From an uncultured Planctomycetaceae bacterium (lineage in GTDB: Bacteria; Planctomycetota; Phycisphaerae; SM23-33), in the NCBI GenBank assembly GCA_964625865.1, contig CAZVEV010000002.1, positions 1-61,029 of the forward strand: DNA of 61,029 nucleotides, read 5' to 3'. The stretch's first letter is position 1; every line of letters starts with the position of its first letter. Positions 1 through 9,001 of this stretch are shown in pieces. A model generated the notes under the pieces. It was given only the letters and a program-made list of their open reading frames with translations. It did no database searches and had not been told where the DNA came from. The translations under genes were made by a program, and so were the position numbers.

Positions 1-183
1 GCCCGCGTGGGCCCCCCCCCCCCCCCTTGTCGAGCCCAGAGGCGGCTAGACGCAATGCCAGACCCCTTAGCCGCCTTGCCGGCCGCCTCGCCCTGGTCGG
101 ACATGGCGCTTGGAGCGCATAGTGCTTGGGGTTACGATTGCCTGTCGTTGGGATCGGTGTGCGTGCAGAACAGCGAGGCAGCT

Positions 184-2622
184 ATGCGTCTGAGAACGGT
201 CGTGATGATGATGTCGGTGGCGTTGGCGGCGGGTGCGGTGGACGCGGCTGACGATGGCCCGAAGGCCGCGATCGTGGACGACGTGTCCTACGCGACGGCC
301 CGGGCGCGGGAACTGTGGCGGCCGATGGCGGGATCGGCGGAAGTATCGGCGGTTCAGCAGGGCGGGCGACGGGCGCTGAGGATGCCGTGCACTTTTCGCG
401 GCACGCGGATCGACCGGGCCTCGTGGGACCGCACCGTCGCGCTGGACCTGACGCGGGCCAAGGGGCTGCGGTTTGCGATGCAGTGCGCCGACGCCTCGCC
501 GGTGGGCCACTTCACGGTGTATCTCCGCAGCGGCAAGGGATGGTACAAGGGCGGTTTCAGCGCTCCGCCCGGGCAGGGGTGGGGCCAGGTCACGATCGCC
601 AAGAGCACCATGAGCACCGAGGGCGCCCCGACCGGCTGGGGACGGATCGACGCGATACGCCTCTCCGCGTGGCGCGGCAAGAACGTCGACACGGTGTTCC
701 ACATCGCGGACCTGCGCCTGTACGGACTGGTGACCGGCGGGGTGGTGATCGTCCGAGGCGACCAGGCGCTGACGCGCGGCGCGGGTGAGGCCGAGTCGGT
801 CCGGCGGTACCCGGCCGTCATCGCGGGCATGCTGGACGACGCGGGTCTGGCCAACGTCGTGATGAGCGACAGCGACCTGACCGCGTCGCGGCTGGCCGGC
901 GTCAAGCTGGTCGTCCTGCCGTACAACCCGGTGATGGACGACAGGACGGCGGGCGTGCTGGCGGGGTATCTCAATAAGGGGGGAAAGCTGCTGTCGTGCT
1001 ACCACCTGCCGCGGCGCCTGGCGCCGGTGGTGGGGATCGCGCGGGGCAGGCATATCCGCCAGAAGCGGCCCGGACACTTCGCGTCGATCCGTCCGGTCAC
1101 CGGACTCCTGCCCGGCGCGCCGCAGGCGACGGGGCAGGCCTCGTGGAACATCGGCGCCGCGTCGCCGGTGGCGGGCAAGAGCCGCGTGGCGGCATGGTGG
1201 TACGGGGCGGACGGGCGTACCACGGGTCACGCCGCCGTGGTGGCCAGTGACAATTGCGTGCACCTGACGCACGTGCTGCTTCCCGACGACAGGACGAACA
1301 AGCAGCAGTTCGTACTCGCGATGGTCGGCCAGGCCTCGCCGGGGCTCTGGCGTCAGATCGCGGCCGGGCGAATAACGCGGATCGGCACGTTCGGGCCGTA
1401 TACGGACGTCGCCGCGGCGCGGGCGGGCATCTCGAAACTGGCCGGGGCGTATCGTCCTGCCGTCGAGGCGCTGCAGCGCGGATCGGACCTTGCCGCACGG
1501 GCCAAAAAGGAGGCCTCGGCGGGCGAACACATCGCGGCGGCCGCAACGGCGGGCCGGGCGCGCCGGGCCATGCTCGACGCGTATCTTCGCGCTCGCAAGC
1601 CCGTCGCGGGCGAGCATCGGGCGTTCTGGTGTCACCGTGCGTTCGGCGTGCGCGGCATGACGTGGGACCAGGCGATCAAGACGCTGGCCGATAACGGCTT
1701 CACCGCGATCCTGCCGAACATGTTGTGGGGCCAGACGGCGTTCTATCCGAGCACCGTCCTGCCGGTCTCGCCGCAGGTAGCCGACAAGGGCGACCAGATA
1801 GCCCTCTGCCTGGCCGCCTGCAAGACCTACGGCGTGGCCTGCCACGTGTGGAAGGTCAACTTCAACATGGGGTGGCACGCGAGCAAGAAGACGGCTGCGG
1901 ACATGACCGCCCGGGGGCGGACGCAGGTGGGGTTCGACGGCAAGAGCTATCCGCGATGGCTTTGCCCGTCGCACCCGGACAACCAGGCTCTCGAGATCGC
2001 CTCGATGGTCGAGGTCGCCCGCACCTACGCCGTCGACGGACTGCACTTCGACTACATCCGCTATCCGGGACGCAGCCACTGCTTCTGTGCGGGCTGTCGC
2101 ACGCGGTTCCAGACGTCCGCCGGCGTGACGGTGGCCTGCTGGCCCGCCGACGTGCGGACCGACGCGGCGCTCGAGGCAAAGTGGCTGGACTTCCGCCGGG
2201 CGCAGATCACCGCCGTGGTGGCTGCCGTGGCGACCCAGGCGCGAAAGGTCCGCCCGGGGCTCAAGATCTCCGCGGCGGTCTTCCGCAACTGGCCCGTCGA
2301 CCGCGACGGCGTGGGCCAGGACTGGAAGCTCTGGTGCGAGAAGGGCTACCTGGACTTCGTCTGTCCCATGGACTACACGCCCGACACCGCCCAGTTCGAG
2401 CGGATGGTCACGAGCCAACTCGAGTGGGCCGGCAAGGTGCCCTGCTATCCCGGCATCGGTTTGAGCACGTGGGCCGACGCGGCCGACGTCTGCACGCTGA
2501 TCGACCAGATCGACGTGACCCGCCGCCTCAAGACCGGCGGCTTTACCGTCTTCAACTACTCCACCGCCGAAGCCCGCGACGTCCTGCCGGCCCTGGGCAA
2601 GGGCATGACCCGAAAGCGGTAG
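184..2622 (+). CDS. secreted glycoside-hydrolase-like family 10 (GHL10/DUF187-type) protein
   Basis: ORF 7..2622 trimmed to the ATG at 184, which gives a signal-like N-terminus MRLRTVVMMMSVALAAGAVDA. The C-terminal half has FDYIRYPG, CFCxxC and CPMDYTP motifs typical of GHL10 TIM-barrel proteins. Confidence 0.65.
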   Translation: MRLRTVVMMMSVALAAGAVDAADDGPKAAIVDDVSYATARARELWRPMAGSAEVSAVQQGGRRALRMPCTFRGTRIDRASWDRTVALDLTRAKGLRFAMQCADASPVGHFTVYLRSGKGWYKGGFSAPPGQGWGQVTIAKSTMSTEGAPTGWGRIDAIRLSAWRGKNVDTVFHIADLRLYGLVTGGVVIVRGDQALTRGAGEAESVRRYPAVIAGMLDDAGLANVVMSDSDLTASRLAGVKLVVLPYNPVMDDRTAGVLAGYLNKGGKLLSCYHLPRRLAPVVGIARGRHIRQKRPGHFASIRPVTGLLPGAPQATGQASWNIGAASPVAGKSRVAAWWYGADGRTTGHAAVVASDNCVHLTHVLLPDDRTNKQQFVLAMVGQASPGLWRQIAAGRITRIGTFGPYTDVAAARAGISKLAGAYRPAVEALQRGSDLAARAKKEASAGEHIAAAATAGRARRAMLDAYLRARKPVAGEHRAFWCHRAFGVRGMTWDQAIKTLADNGFTAILPNMLWGQTAFYPSTVLPVSPQVADKGDQIALCLAACKTYGVACHVWKVNFNMGWHASKKTAADMTARGRTQVGFDGKSYPRWLCPSHPDNQALEIASMVEVARTYAVDGLHFDYIRYPGRSHCFCAGCRTRFQTSAGVTVACWPADVRTDAALEAKWLDFRRAQITAVVAAVATQARKVRPGLKISAAVFRNWPVDRDGVGQDWKLWCEKGYLDFVCPMDYTPDTAQFERMVTSQLEWAGKVPCYPGIGLSTWADAADVCTLIDQIDVTRRLKTGGFTVFNYSTAEARDVLPALGKGMTRKR

Positions 2623-2644
2623 AGGCCCGTGTCCCGCCCGGCCT

Positions 2645-3505
2645 CTACTCGATGTACTGCGTTCGGTAGCTGAGCCTGCCGTCGGCGTATTCGTAGATGC
2701 GGAACGAGGCCTGGCGGCCCCAGGCGCCGTCTATGGAGGCCGAGACGTAGAGGGGCACCTTGCCGAGCCAGTGGTGCTCGTCCCGGTGGAAATGGCCGGC
2801 CAGCACGGCGGCGACGTTGTGCGAATTGAGGACTCTGGTCCACTTTGCCCGCAGGTCGGCGGGCCAGCCGTGGTGCATGCGGTTGGAGTAGAAGTCCTTC
2901 ACGCAGGGGGTGTGGTGGAAGACGATCGCGGGCTTGCCCCTGGCCCGCTTCAGGGCGGCGTCCAGTTGCTTGAGCGGGTCGAAGCCCTCCAGCGGGAAAT
3001 CGTCGGCCAGCGGTTCGGTGTAGACGCCTACGAAGGCCACCCCGTTGTACGTCGCTTCGATCAGGAGCTTGCCGTACCGCTTCCGGTAGACCTCCAGCGT
3101 CGCGATGCGGTTGCGGGTGATCACGTCGTGGTTGCCCGGGATGAAATGGAGTGGGGCCTTGAGCTTCTTGAGGGCGGCAAGGCTCTCGTCGACCGTGGGT
3201 TTGTGCATGAGCCGGTTCGACGTGATGTCGCCGGTGTGAATGACGCAGGCGATCTTCATCGGCAGGGCGTTGATCATTTCGACGGCCTTGGCGTTGCGGG
3301 CAGTGTTGCTTCGGCGGCCGAAGTGCGTGTCGGTGATCTGGACGAAATAGAAGGGCCTCTTCGCTTCCGGTGCGGACGCGGCGGGGGTGGGCGCAGCGGT
3401 CTGTCCGCCGCAGGGCAGCATGCACGTCAGCAGGAGGCAGATCCAGACGGCCCAGCGGGCCAGGTGCCGGGTGTGTCTTGCGATGGTGGTCATGTGGTGC
3501 TCCAC
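2645..3505 (-). CDS. secreted metallophosphoesterase (calcineurin-like)
   Basis: Full ORF with a signal-like N-terminus. Motifs: QITDTHFG, HTGDITS, GNHD, HH, GHFHRDE. Confidence 0.8.
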   Translation of the reverse strand: MEHHMTTIARHTRHLARWAVWICLLLTCMLPCGGQTAAPTPAASAPEAKRPFYFVQITDTHFGRRSNTARNAKAVEMINALPMKIACVIHTGDITSNRLMHKPTVDESLAALKKLKAPLHFIPGNHDVITRNRIATLEVYRKRYGKLLIEATYNGVAFVGVYTEPLADDFPLEGFDPLKQLDAALKRARGKPAIVFHHTPCVKDFYSNRMHHGWPADLRAKWTRVLNSHNVAAVLAGHFHRDEHHWLGKVPLYVSASIDGAWGRQASFRIYEYADGRLSYRTQYIE

Positions 3506-3537
3506 AGGTTGTTGCGTGTAAGGTTGGGTGCCGTGGG

Positions 3538-4677
3538 CTATTTCGGGACGGCTTTCAGCGAATCGAGGGCGAACCGTGTGAAGTAGACCCCCTCGTACGC
3601 GTTGCGCTGCCCGGCTTCGTAGAGCAGGCCTATCTTGCCGTCAGGCAAGACGGTCAGGCACGAGTAGGCGGACGGGGCGGGGGTGATGAGTTTGGCGGCC
3701 GGCCAGGTGCGGCCCTCGTCGAAGCTGGCGCGCACGGTCATGTGGTGTCGGCCTCGCTTCGTCGCCGGATTGGAAAACAGCAGCACGCTCTTGCGTCCGG
3801 GCGAGGCGAAGCTGTACCGCAGGAACGAGGCCTGGCAGGTCGATTCGATCAGCGCCTTGTCCTGCGTCGCCCGCGGCCAGGTGGCGCCGCCGTCTGTGCT
3901 TACCGAGATTGACCGCAGCCCGTGCGGGGCGTAGCTGCGCATGTTCATCATCAGCGACCCGTCGGAAAGCTCGGCAACCTGCGACTCGTTGCAGCCGGGG
4001 CGAATCACCCCGCTGCGCCGCCACGTCTTGCCCGCGTCGTCGCTGAGCAGCACGTGCGAGCCATAGCTGTGGTCCTTGTAGCCGCGGTCGGAGTGGTTGG
4101 CGGGGATGACCAGGCGCCCCTTGTGCTTGCCGCGCGTCAACTGGATCCCCACCCCGGGCCCGGTGGCGTACCAGCCCCACCGCTTGAGCCTGCAGGCGGC
4201 GCTGATGTCGACCGGCGTGCTCCAGGTCTTGCCCTCGTCGGTGGACCTGCAGACGAACGGGCGGCGCGTGTCCTTGCTCTTTCCCGCGATGATTGCCCCC
4301 TCGCTGTCGGTCGCGAGGTTCCACGTACTCAGCAGGAGAATCGTACCCGACGCCCGGTCGATCACCGGACACGGATTGCCGCACGTATTCTCGCCGTCCG
4401 TCCAAACCACCTGCAGCGGCCCCCACGTCTTGCCCCCGTCGGTCGAGCGACGAAGCACGGTGTCGATCCTGCCGCGATCCGACCGGCTGGCCCGCGCCTC
4501 GCAGAACGCCAGGACCGTGCCCTTTTTCGTCACGATCAGCGCCGGGATGCGATACGTGTTGTACCCGCCCTTGCCCGCCGCAAACACCGCCTCGCCGGGC
4601 AGGTCGGCGGCGGTCGCCAACGGCGCGCAAACCACCAACCAGACCACCGTCCACAGTCCAACTCTCATTGCGGTCAT
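3538..4677 (-). CDS. exo-alpha-sialidase (BNR-repeat, GH33-like)
   Basis: ORF 3538..4905 trimmed to the ATG at 4677 (MTAMRVGLWTVVWLVVCAPLATA signal). It has a YRIP motif and five Asp-box/BNR repeats (STDGGKTW, STDEGKTW, SDDAGKTW, STDGGATW, SFDEGRTW). Confidence 0.85.
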   Translation of the reverse strand: MTAMRVGLWTVVWLVVCAPLATAADLPGEAVFAAGKGGYNTYRIPALIVTKKGTVLAFCEARASRSDRGRIDTVLRRSTDGGKTWGPLQVVWTDGENTCGNPCPVIDRASGTILLLSTWNLATDSEGAIIAGKSKDTRRPFVCRSTDEGKTWSTPVDISAACRLKRWGWYATGPGVGIQLTRGKHKGRLVIPANHSDRGYKDHSYGSHVLLSDDAGKTWRRSGVIRPGCNESQVAELSDGSLMMNMRSYAPHGLRSISVSTDGGATWPRATQDKALIESTCQASFLRYSFASPGRKSVLLFSNPATKRGRHHMTVRASFDEGRTWPAAKLITPAPSAYSCLTVLPDGKIGLLYEAGQRNAYEGVYFTRFALDSLKAVPK

Positions 4678-4766
4678 ACCACGCTCCTTGCGATGTTCGA
4701 TTCGTTCCCTCACACGATACCGGACGCCTGACGTCGATTCCACGGGTTCCCGCCGCGCTGCAGCCG

Positions 4767-4942
4767 GAACGTCGATCTGACGATCGACCGCTAAACGCTC
4801 GGCGCCGACGGCGTCTGGCGGGTGCGCCACGCGTTTGCGCCGGGGTCGGAAGGGAACACCGTCTCTGCGCGGAAATACTCTCGGAGCGATATGTGCGTTC
4901 GACATGATTGTTTAGCGGCGGATCGTCAGATCCGCGTTGACG
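4767..4942. repeat. family A MITE-like element (inverted arms GTTTAGCGGTCGATCGTCAGATCGACG)
   Basis: The arm at 4767-4797 is the reverse complement of the arm at 4910-4942. The right arm carries a compensatory variant of the inner hairpin (GCGGATC..GATCCGC instead of GTCGATC..GATCGAC). Confidence 0.7.
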
Positions 4943-5052
4943 CGGCGGGACGCGGCGCGACAGACCATACTTCGCCCCTTGGCGCGACAAGAGCGTCAAT
5001 TCCCCGATCACCAGTCAAAGGCGCTCGGCGCCGGCGTACTCGGTACGCGCCC

Positions 5053-6192
5053 CTACCTCTCGTCGAGGTCTTCCAGGATGCGGAGGTAGGAGTTGTAGCG
5101 GCGGGGGGTGATGGTGGCGGACTCGACGGCGGCCTGCACGGCGCAGCCGGGCTCGTGGGTGTGGGTGCAGTCGTTGAAGCGACAGTCGGGGGCGACGGCC
5201 TCGATCTCGGGGAAGTACCAGGGCAGTTCGTCGGCGTCGAGCTTCATGCCCAGTTCGCGAATCCCCGGCGTGTCGATGATCAGCCCGCCGCACGACAGGT
5301 CGTAGACGACCGCCGCGCTGGTGGTGTGGCGCCCCCGCTCGTCCTTGTCGCGAACGGTCCGCGTGACGGCATTGACGTCGGGGAGCAGGGCGTTGACCAG
5401 CGTGGTCTTGCCCACGCCGGAGGCCCCGGCCAGCACGCTGCGTTTGCCGGCCAGCGCGGCGGTCAGGTCGTCAAGCCCCTCGCCGCTGGCGGCCGAGCAG
5501 AACAGGATGTCGATATCGAGGGCCTTGAAGTCGCGCAGGACGTGCGGGTCGGGCCGGCCGAGGTCGATCTTGTTGATCACGAGCACGGGCGTCAGCTCGC
5601 CGCGTTCGGCGATGATGAGGAAGCGGTCGATCAGCCCGTGTCGCAATGCGGGTCGGCGCGTGGCGGCGACGATCAGCAGGACGTCCATGTTGGCGGCGAT
5701 GACCTTCTCGAAGGCCTCGTCGTCGTAGGCGTCGCGGAACTTGCCCGACCGCGGGCGGGGGCGGGCGAGCACGGTGCGGCGCAGCTCGCGCGAGAGGATC
5801 ATCCCGTCGGCGCGGTCGCGATCCTCGTCGGTGGCGTCGGCGTGCTGGCCGCCCGTCAGGGCCACCGTCACGTCGTCGCCGACGGCCAGCGCGCTGGCGC
5901 CGTCCGGGGCGCGGAAGGTCTTGGCGATTCCGCAGAGGATGTCGCTGGCGTCGACCCGGACGGCCGCTCCGCCGGGAAAGAAACTCACCACCATGCCGCG
6001 GACCTGCTCCAACTCGCCCATGTGGCCCGAGGCGTCGGCCTCCGGGTCCAGGCGGCTGGGGGGCAACTTGACGGCGCGCTGCGACGAGAGCTTCTGCCTG
6101 CGCGAGACCGTTCCGCCGTCTTCGTCACCGCTGACGAACCGGTTGTACCAGTCCTTGATGCGCCGCTGCGATTTGCCTTTACGCCGTGCCAT
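5053..6192 (-). CDS. rsgA: ribosome small-subunit-dependent GTPase A
   Basis: Circularly permuted GTPase motifs NKIDL, GASGVGKTTLVNAL and DTPG, plus the C-terminal zinc motif CRFNDCTHTHEPGC. Confidence 0.9.
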   Translation of the reverse strand: MARRKGKSQRRIKDWYNRFVSGDEDGGTVSRRQKLSSQRAVKLPPSRLDPEADASGHMGELEQVRGMVVSFFPGGAAVRVDASDILCGIAKTFRAPDGASALAVGDDVTVALTGGQHADATDEDRDRADGMILSRELRRTVLARPRPRSGKFRDAYDDEAFEKVIAANMDVLLIVAATRRPALRHGLIDRFLIIAERGELTPVLVINKIDLGRPDPHVLRDFKALDIDILFCSAASGEGLDDLTAALAGKRSVLAGASGVGKTTLVNALLPDVNAVTRTVRDKDERGRHTTSAAVVYDLSCGGLIIDTPGIRELGMKLDADELPWYFPEIEAVAPDCRFNDCTHTHEPGCAVQAAVESATITPRRYNSYLRILEDLDER

Positions 6193-6248
6193 GAACCCCT
6201 ATCTTGCCCGTCGGATCGGGCAAATGCAAACCTGCGCGCGTGGGGCGC

Positions 6249-6338
6249 GCTGTTTCAGTCAAGCGCTCCGATGCCGCTTGCTTCTTGGCGTCTCCCTCGT
6301 TCGTTAAGAAAGACGCCAAGAAGCAAGCTGCTCCGCGC
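6249..6338 (+). repeat. family B hairpin repeat (GCTTGCTTCTTGGCGTC ... GACGCCAAGAAGCAAGC)
   Basis: The ~19-bp stem arms lie at 6273-6292 and 6312-6331. The flank TGTTTCAGTCAAGCGCTCCGATGC is shared with copy B3. Confidence 0.75.
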
Positions 6339-6372
6339 CGTCGTCGGCGCGATCAGTCGCTCGCGTCTCTCT

Positions 6373-7038
6373 CTACCCGGTCCGCTTGGCGCCGATCTTG
6401 CTCTCCGTGCCGGCCAGCAGGCGGGTGATGTTCGTGCGGTGGCGAATGATGATCAGGGCGGCCATCGCCGCCGCGAACGTGCCCAGCGGCCAGAGCGCCG
6501 CCAGGTCAGCGGCGTTGAACGCGGCGAACAGCCCCACGAACGCCGCCGCCGCGACGATCGAGCCCAGCGAGACGTAGCGGCTGATCGCGGTGACCGCGAT
6601 CCACACGCCAAACGCGCACAGGCCCGGATACGTGAAGTACGGGAACACGCCCAGCACGACGCCGAGGCTGGTGGCCACCCCCTTGCCCCCGCGGAACTTC
6701 AGCCAGAAGCTGAACACGTGGCCCGCGATGGCCCCGAAGGCCACCCCCAGCAGCGATCCCTGCTGGGCGGCGGTGGGCAGTTCGCCCGAGCCGCCGCGGA
6801 CGAGGAAGACCGCTATCAGCACGGGCGCCAGACCCTTGGCCACGTCCAGGGCAAAGCAGATCAGGCCCCATTTCGCACCGATCACCCGCCCGACGTTCGT
6901 CGCCCCCACGTTGCCGGACCCCTTGGACCGCAGGTCCACGTTGTGCAGGCGGGCGATGATCACGCCGAACGGCGTCGAGCCGATCAGGTAGGCCGCCACG
7001 GGCAGCGCAACGAACAGGATCCACGGTGAGTCGATCAT
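6373..7038 (-). CDS. plsY: glycerol-3-phosphate acyltransferase PlsY
   Basis: ORF 6373..7320 trimmed to the ATG at 7038 (MIDSPWILFVALPVAAYLIGSTPFG). Contains the GSGNVGATNVGR motif. The start overlaps the upstream stop as ATGA. Confidence 0.9.
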   Translation of the reverse strand: MIDSPWILFVALPVAAYLIGSTPFGVIIARLHNVDLRSKGSGNVGATNVGRVIGAKWGLICFALDVAKGLAPVLIAVFLVRGGSGELPTAAQQGSLLGVAFGAIAGHVFSFWLKFRGGKGVATSLGVVLGVFPYFTYPGLCAFGVWIAVTAISRYVSLGSIVAAAAFVGLFAAFNAADLAALWPLGTFAAAMAALIIIRHRTNITRLLAGTESKIGAKRTG

Positions 7039-8186
7039 GATGCGGTCACCTCGGCGTAGACGGCGAGCAGCTCGTCGACGTGTCGGTCCATCGCGAGTCG
7101 GTCGGCCCGGGCCCGGCAGGCGTCGGCGGCCCGGGCGCGCCGCGTGGGGTTGTACATCGTTTCGAACGCTTCGGCGACGGCGAAGGTGTCGGCGGGGGAG
7201 GGCACGACCAGTCCGGCCCCGTCGGCCAATGCCTCGGCCGCTCCGTTGGAGGCGGTCGTTATCGACGGAATGCCCAGCCGCGTCGCCTCGAGCACCACGC
7301 GGCTGCACGGGTCGTACCAACTCAGCAGGACGCAGACGTCGGCGGCGGCGTACCAGGGGGCCACGTCCTCGGCCGGCGGGACGAAGACGACGTGGCGGTC
7401 GACGTCGTGGAGCGTGGCAAGGCGCTGGTAATCGTCGATCTTCTCACTGCCGAGCAAGACCAGCCGCGCGTCGGTGCCCCTGCTGCGCCGCTGGCGCCAT
7501 CGTGCGAAGGCCTCTATCGACTCGCCCACGCCTTTCAGCGCCCAGTTGGTCGCGATGGTCAGGAACACCACGGTGTTCGCCTCGGCGCCGACCTGGAAAC
7601 GGTGGCTTCGCCGGGCGTCGTCCGTGCGATGGCCCGTCAGTTGAGGGGCGTCGACGGCGTTGAAGACCATGCGAACGCGCTCGGTCCGCTTGTAGTGGCG
7701 GTGCAGTTCGGCCGCCACCATCTGGCTGCCCGGCAGGACCCAGACGTTCGGATCGGCCAGCAGGTCCTGCTCCATTTCGGCCATGAGGGCCTGGCGCCGG
7801 TTCAGCCCGCCGGTCAGGCGACGCAGGATTCGGTTGGTCGTCTTGCGTCGTCGGAGGTTCGCGTCGCGCTGGGCAGGCACCGTGCCGCTTCGGGGCTGGT
7901 ATACGTTGACGCCCGGGAACGGCCCCATGCCGTGTACGATGTCGAACTCGCCCCAGTCAATCTCAGCTCGCACGTCGTCGGCGAAGTTCTGCAGGCGGCC
8001 GCTCCGCGTCAGGCCGCGGCGGCCCACTTCGATGACCTTGACGCCCGAGGTCTGCCAGAGGCCGGATTGGCACAGCACGGTCACGTCGTGTCCCCGGGCG
8101 GCCAGCGCGGTCGCGATCTGGGCCGTCGACGTCTCGCGCCCGCCGCGGGCAGTGTCCATCCGCTCGATGACCAGGGCGATCTTCAC
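7035..8186 (-). CDS. glycosyltransferase family 4/1
   Basis: ORF 7035..8405 trimmed to the GTG at 8186 (VKIALVIERMDTARGGRETS...), which overlaps the upstream stop as GTGA. The C-terminal region is GT-B fold-like (VLEATRLGIPSITT). Confidence 0.75.
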   Translation of the reverse strand: MKIALVIERMDTARGGRETSTAQIATALAARGHDVTVLCQSGLWQTSGVKVIEVGRRGLTRSGRLQNFADDVRAEIDWGEFDIVHGMGPFPGVNVYQPRSGTVPAQRDANLRRRKTTNRILRRLTGGLNRRQALMAEMEQDLLADPNVWVLPGSQMVAAELHRHYKRTERVRMVFNAVDAPQLTGHRTDDARRSHRFQVGAEANTVVFLTIATNWALKGVGESIEAFARWRQRRSRGTDARLVLLGSEKIDDYQRLATLHDVDRHVVFVPPAEDVAPWYAAADVCVLLSWYDPCSRVVLEATRLGIPSITTASNGAAEALADGAGLVVPSPADTFAVAEAFETMYNPTRRARAADACRARADRLAMDRHVDELLAVYAEVTAS

Positions 8187-9001
8187 GCGGGGCCCTCCGT
8201 GGTGCGCGCCGCCCGCCGGGCGTCGCGCCGCCGCATCTCGTCGACCTTCCGGTCGACGGCGCGGGCGGTGCGGCTGTCCCCGGCGGCGGGAACGTGGGCG
8301 ACGTATCGCGACCGGAACGCCCCCCAGTGGGCGTCCACCCAGGCCGGCGGCATGGAGTACTTCAGTTGGGCCAGATCCTTGACGCGCCAGCGAAAGCGGC
8401 GCCACCGCGGGGCGAACACCCGCGCCAGGTCGATCAGGTACAGGTCGGGTGCGTCGGGGACCTCATGGAGGAAGATGTGGGCGGCATAGAGGTCGCGGTG
8501 GACCCACCCGCCTGCGTGGAACGCGCCGACCAGGTCGCCCAGTGCTTCAGCCAGCGCCCCGCCTCGGGCCGGGTCGCCCGCGAGGTACGCCTCGCCGCAC
8601 CGCTCGAGGGCGTCGCCCGGCACGGCGGTGACGATCACGAAGCTCCGCCGGGCTGTCAGCAGGCCCATCTGCTCGCCGCAGGCCACCGCGCCCATCGTGG
8701 GCACGCCGGCGGCCCCCGCGGCGCGGACGTTGTCAAACTCCACGCGCGCCGGGCTCCGCCGCCCGTAGGTCAGCAGACGGCGAATGCGCTGGTTCAGCGG
8801 CTCGCGGCCGTATCGTTTGAGGTACAGCTCGTGGGTCGCCCCGTCATCGCCGGTCAGGTCCAGCCGCGTCCGCCTCCGCGAGCCCAGCCCCGGCTTGTCC
8901 AGGTCCGTTCCGCCCTGCCACGCGAACGCGCCGTCGACGCTGTCGAGCCCGGCCTGGCGCAGGGCGCCCGCCAGGTTCGGGTCCAGTTGAGCCGCACTCA
9001 T
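8183..9001 (-). CDS. lipopolysaccharide kinase (Kdo/WaaP/InaA) family protein
   Basis: Has the HRDLYAAHIFL catalytic-loop-like motif and YLIDLARV. It sits between two LPS-type glycosyltransferase genes. Confidence 0.7.
   Translation of the reverse strand: MSAAQLDPNLAGALRQAGLDSVDGAFAWQGGTDLDKPGLGSRRRTRLDLTGDDGATHELYLKRYGREPLNQRIRRLLTYGRRSPARVEFDNVRAAGAAGVPTMGAVACGEQMGLLTARRSFVIVTAVPGDALERCGEAYLAGDPARGGALAEALGDLVGAFHAGGWVHRDLYAAHIFLHEVPDAPDLYLIDLARVFAPRWRRFRWRVKDLAQLKYSMPPAWVDAHWGAFRSRYVAHVPAAGDSRTARAVDRKVDEMRRRDARRAARTTEGPA

Noticed and set aside
67-2418. Very long antisense or out-of-frame ORFs. Examples are 67-2418(-), 4822-7029(+), 14764-17763(-), 27404-29974(+), 27711-30134(-), 34005-36107(-), 35273-36718(+), 44980-46677(-) and 53767-55014(+).
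   Set aside because: Each overlaps a gene that has clear family motifs on the other strand or in another frame. Their translations are Arg/Pro/Gly/Ala-rich low-complexity sequence, typical of stop-poor frames in high-GC DNA.
3526-3539. A full family D repeat at the sialidase 3' end.
   Set aside because: Only the first 14 nt (GGGTGCCGTGGGCT) match and the rest is absent. This could be a chance match or a truncated copy, so it is mentioned but not annotated as a feature.
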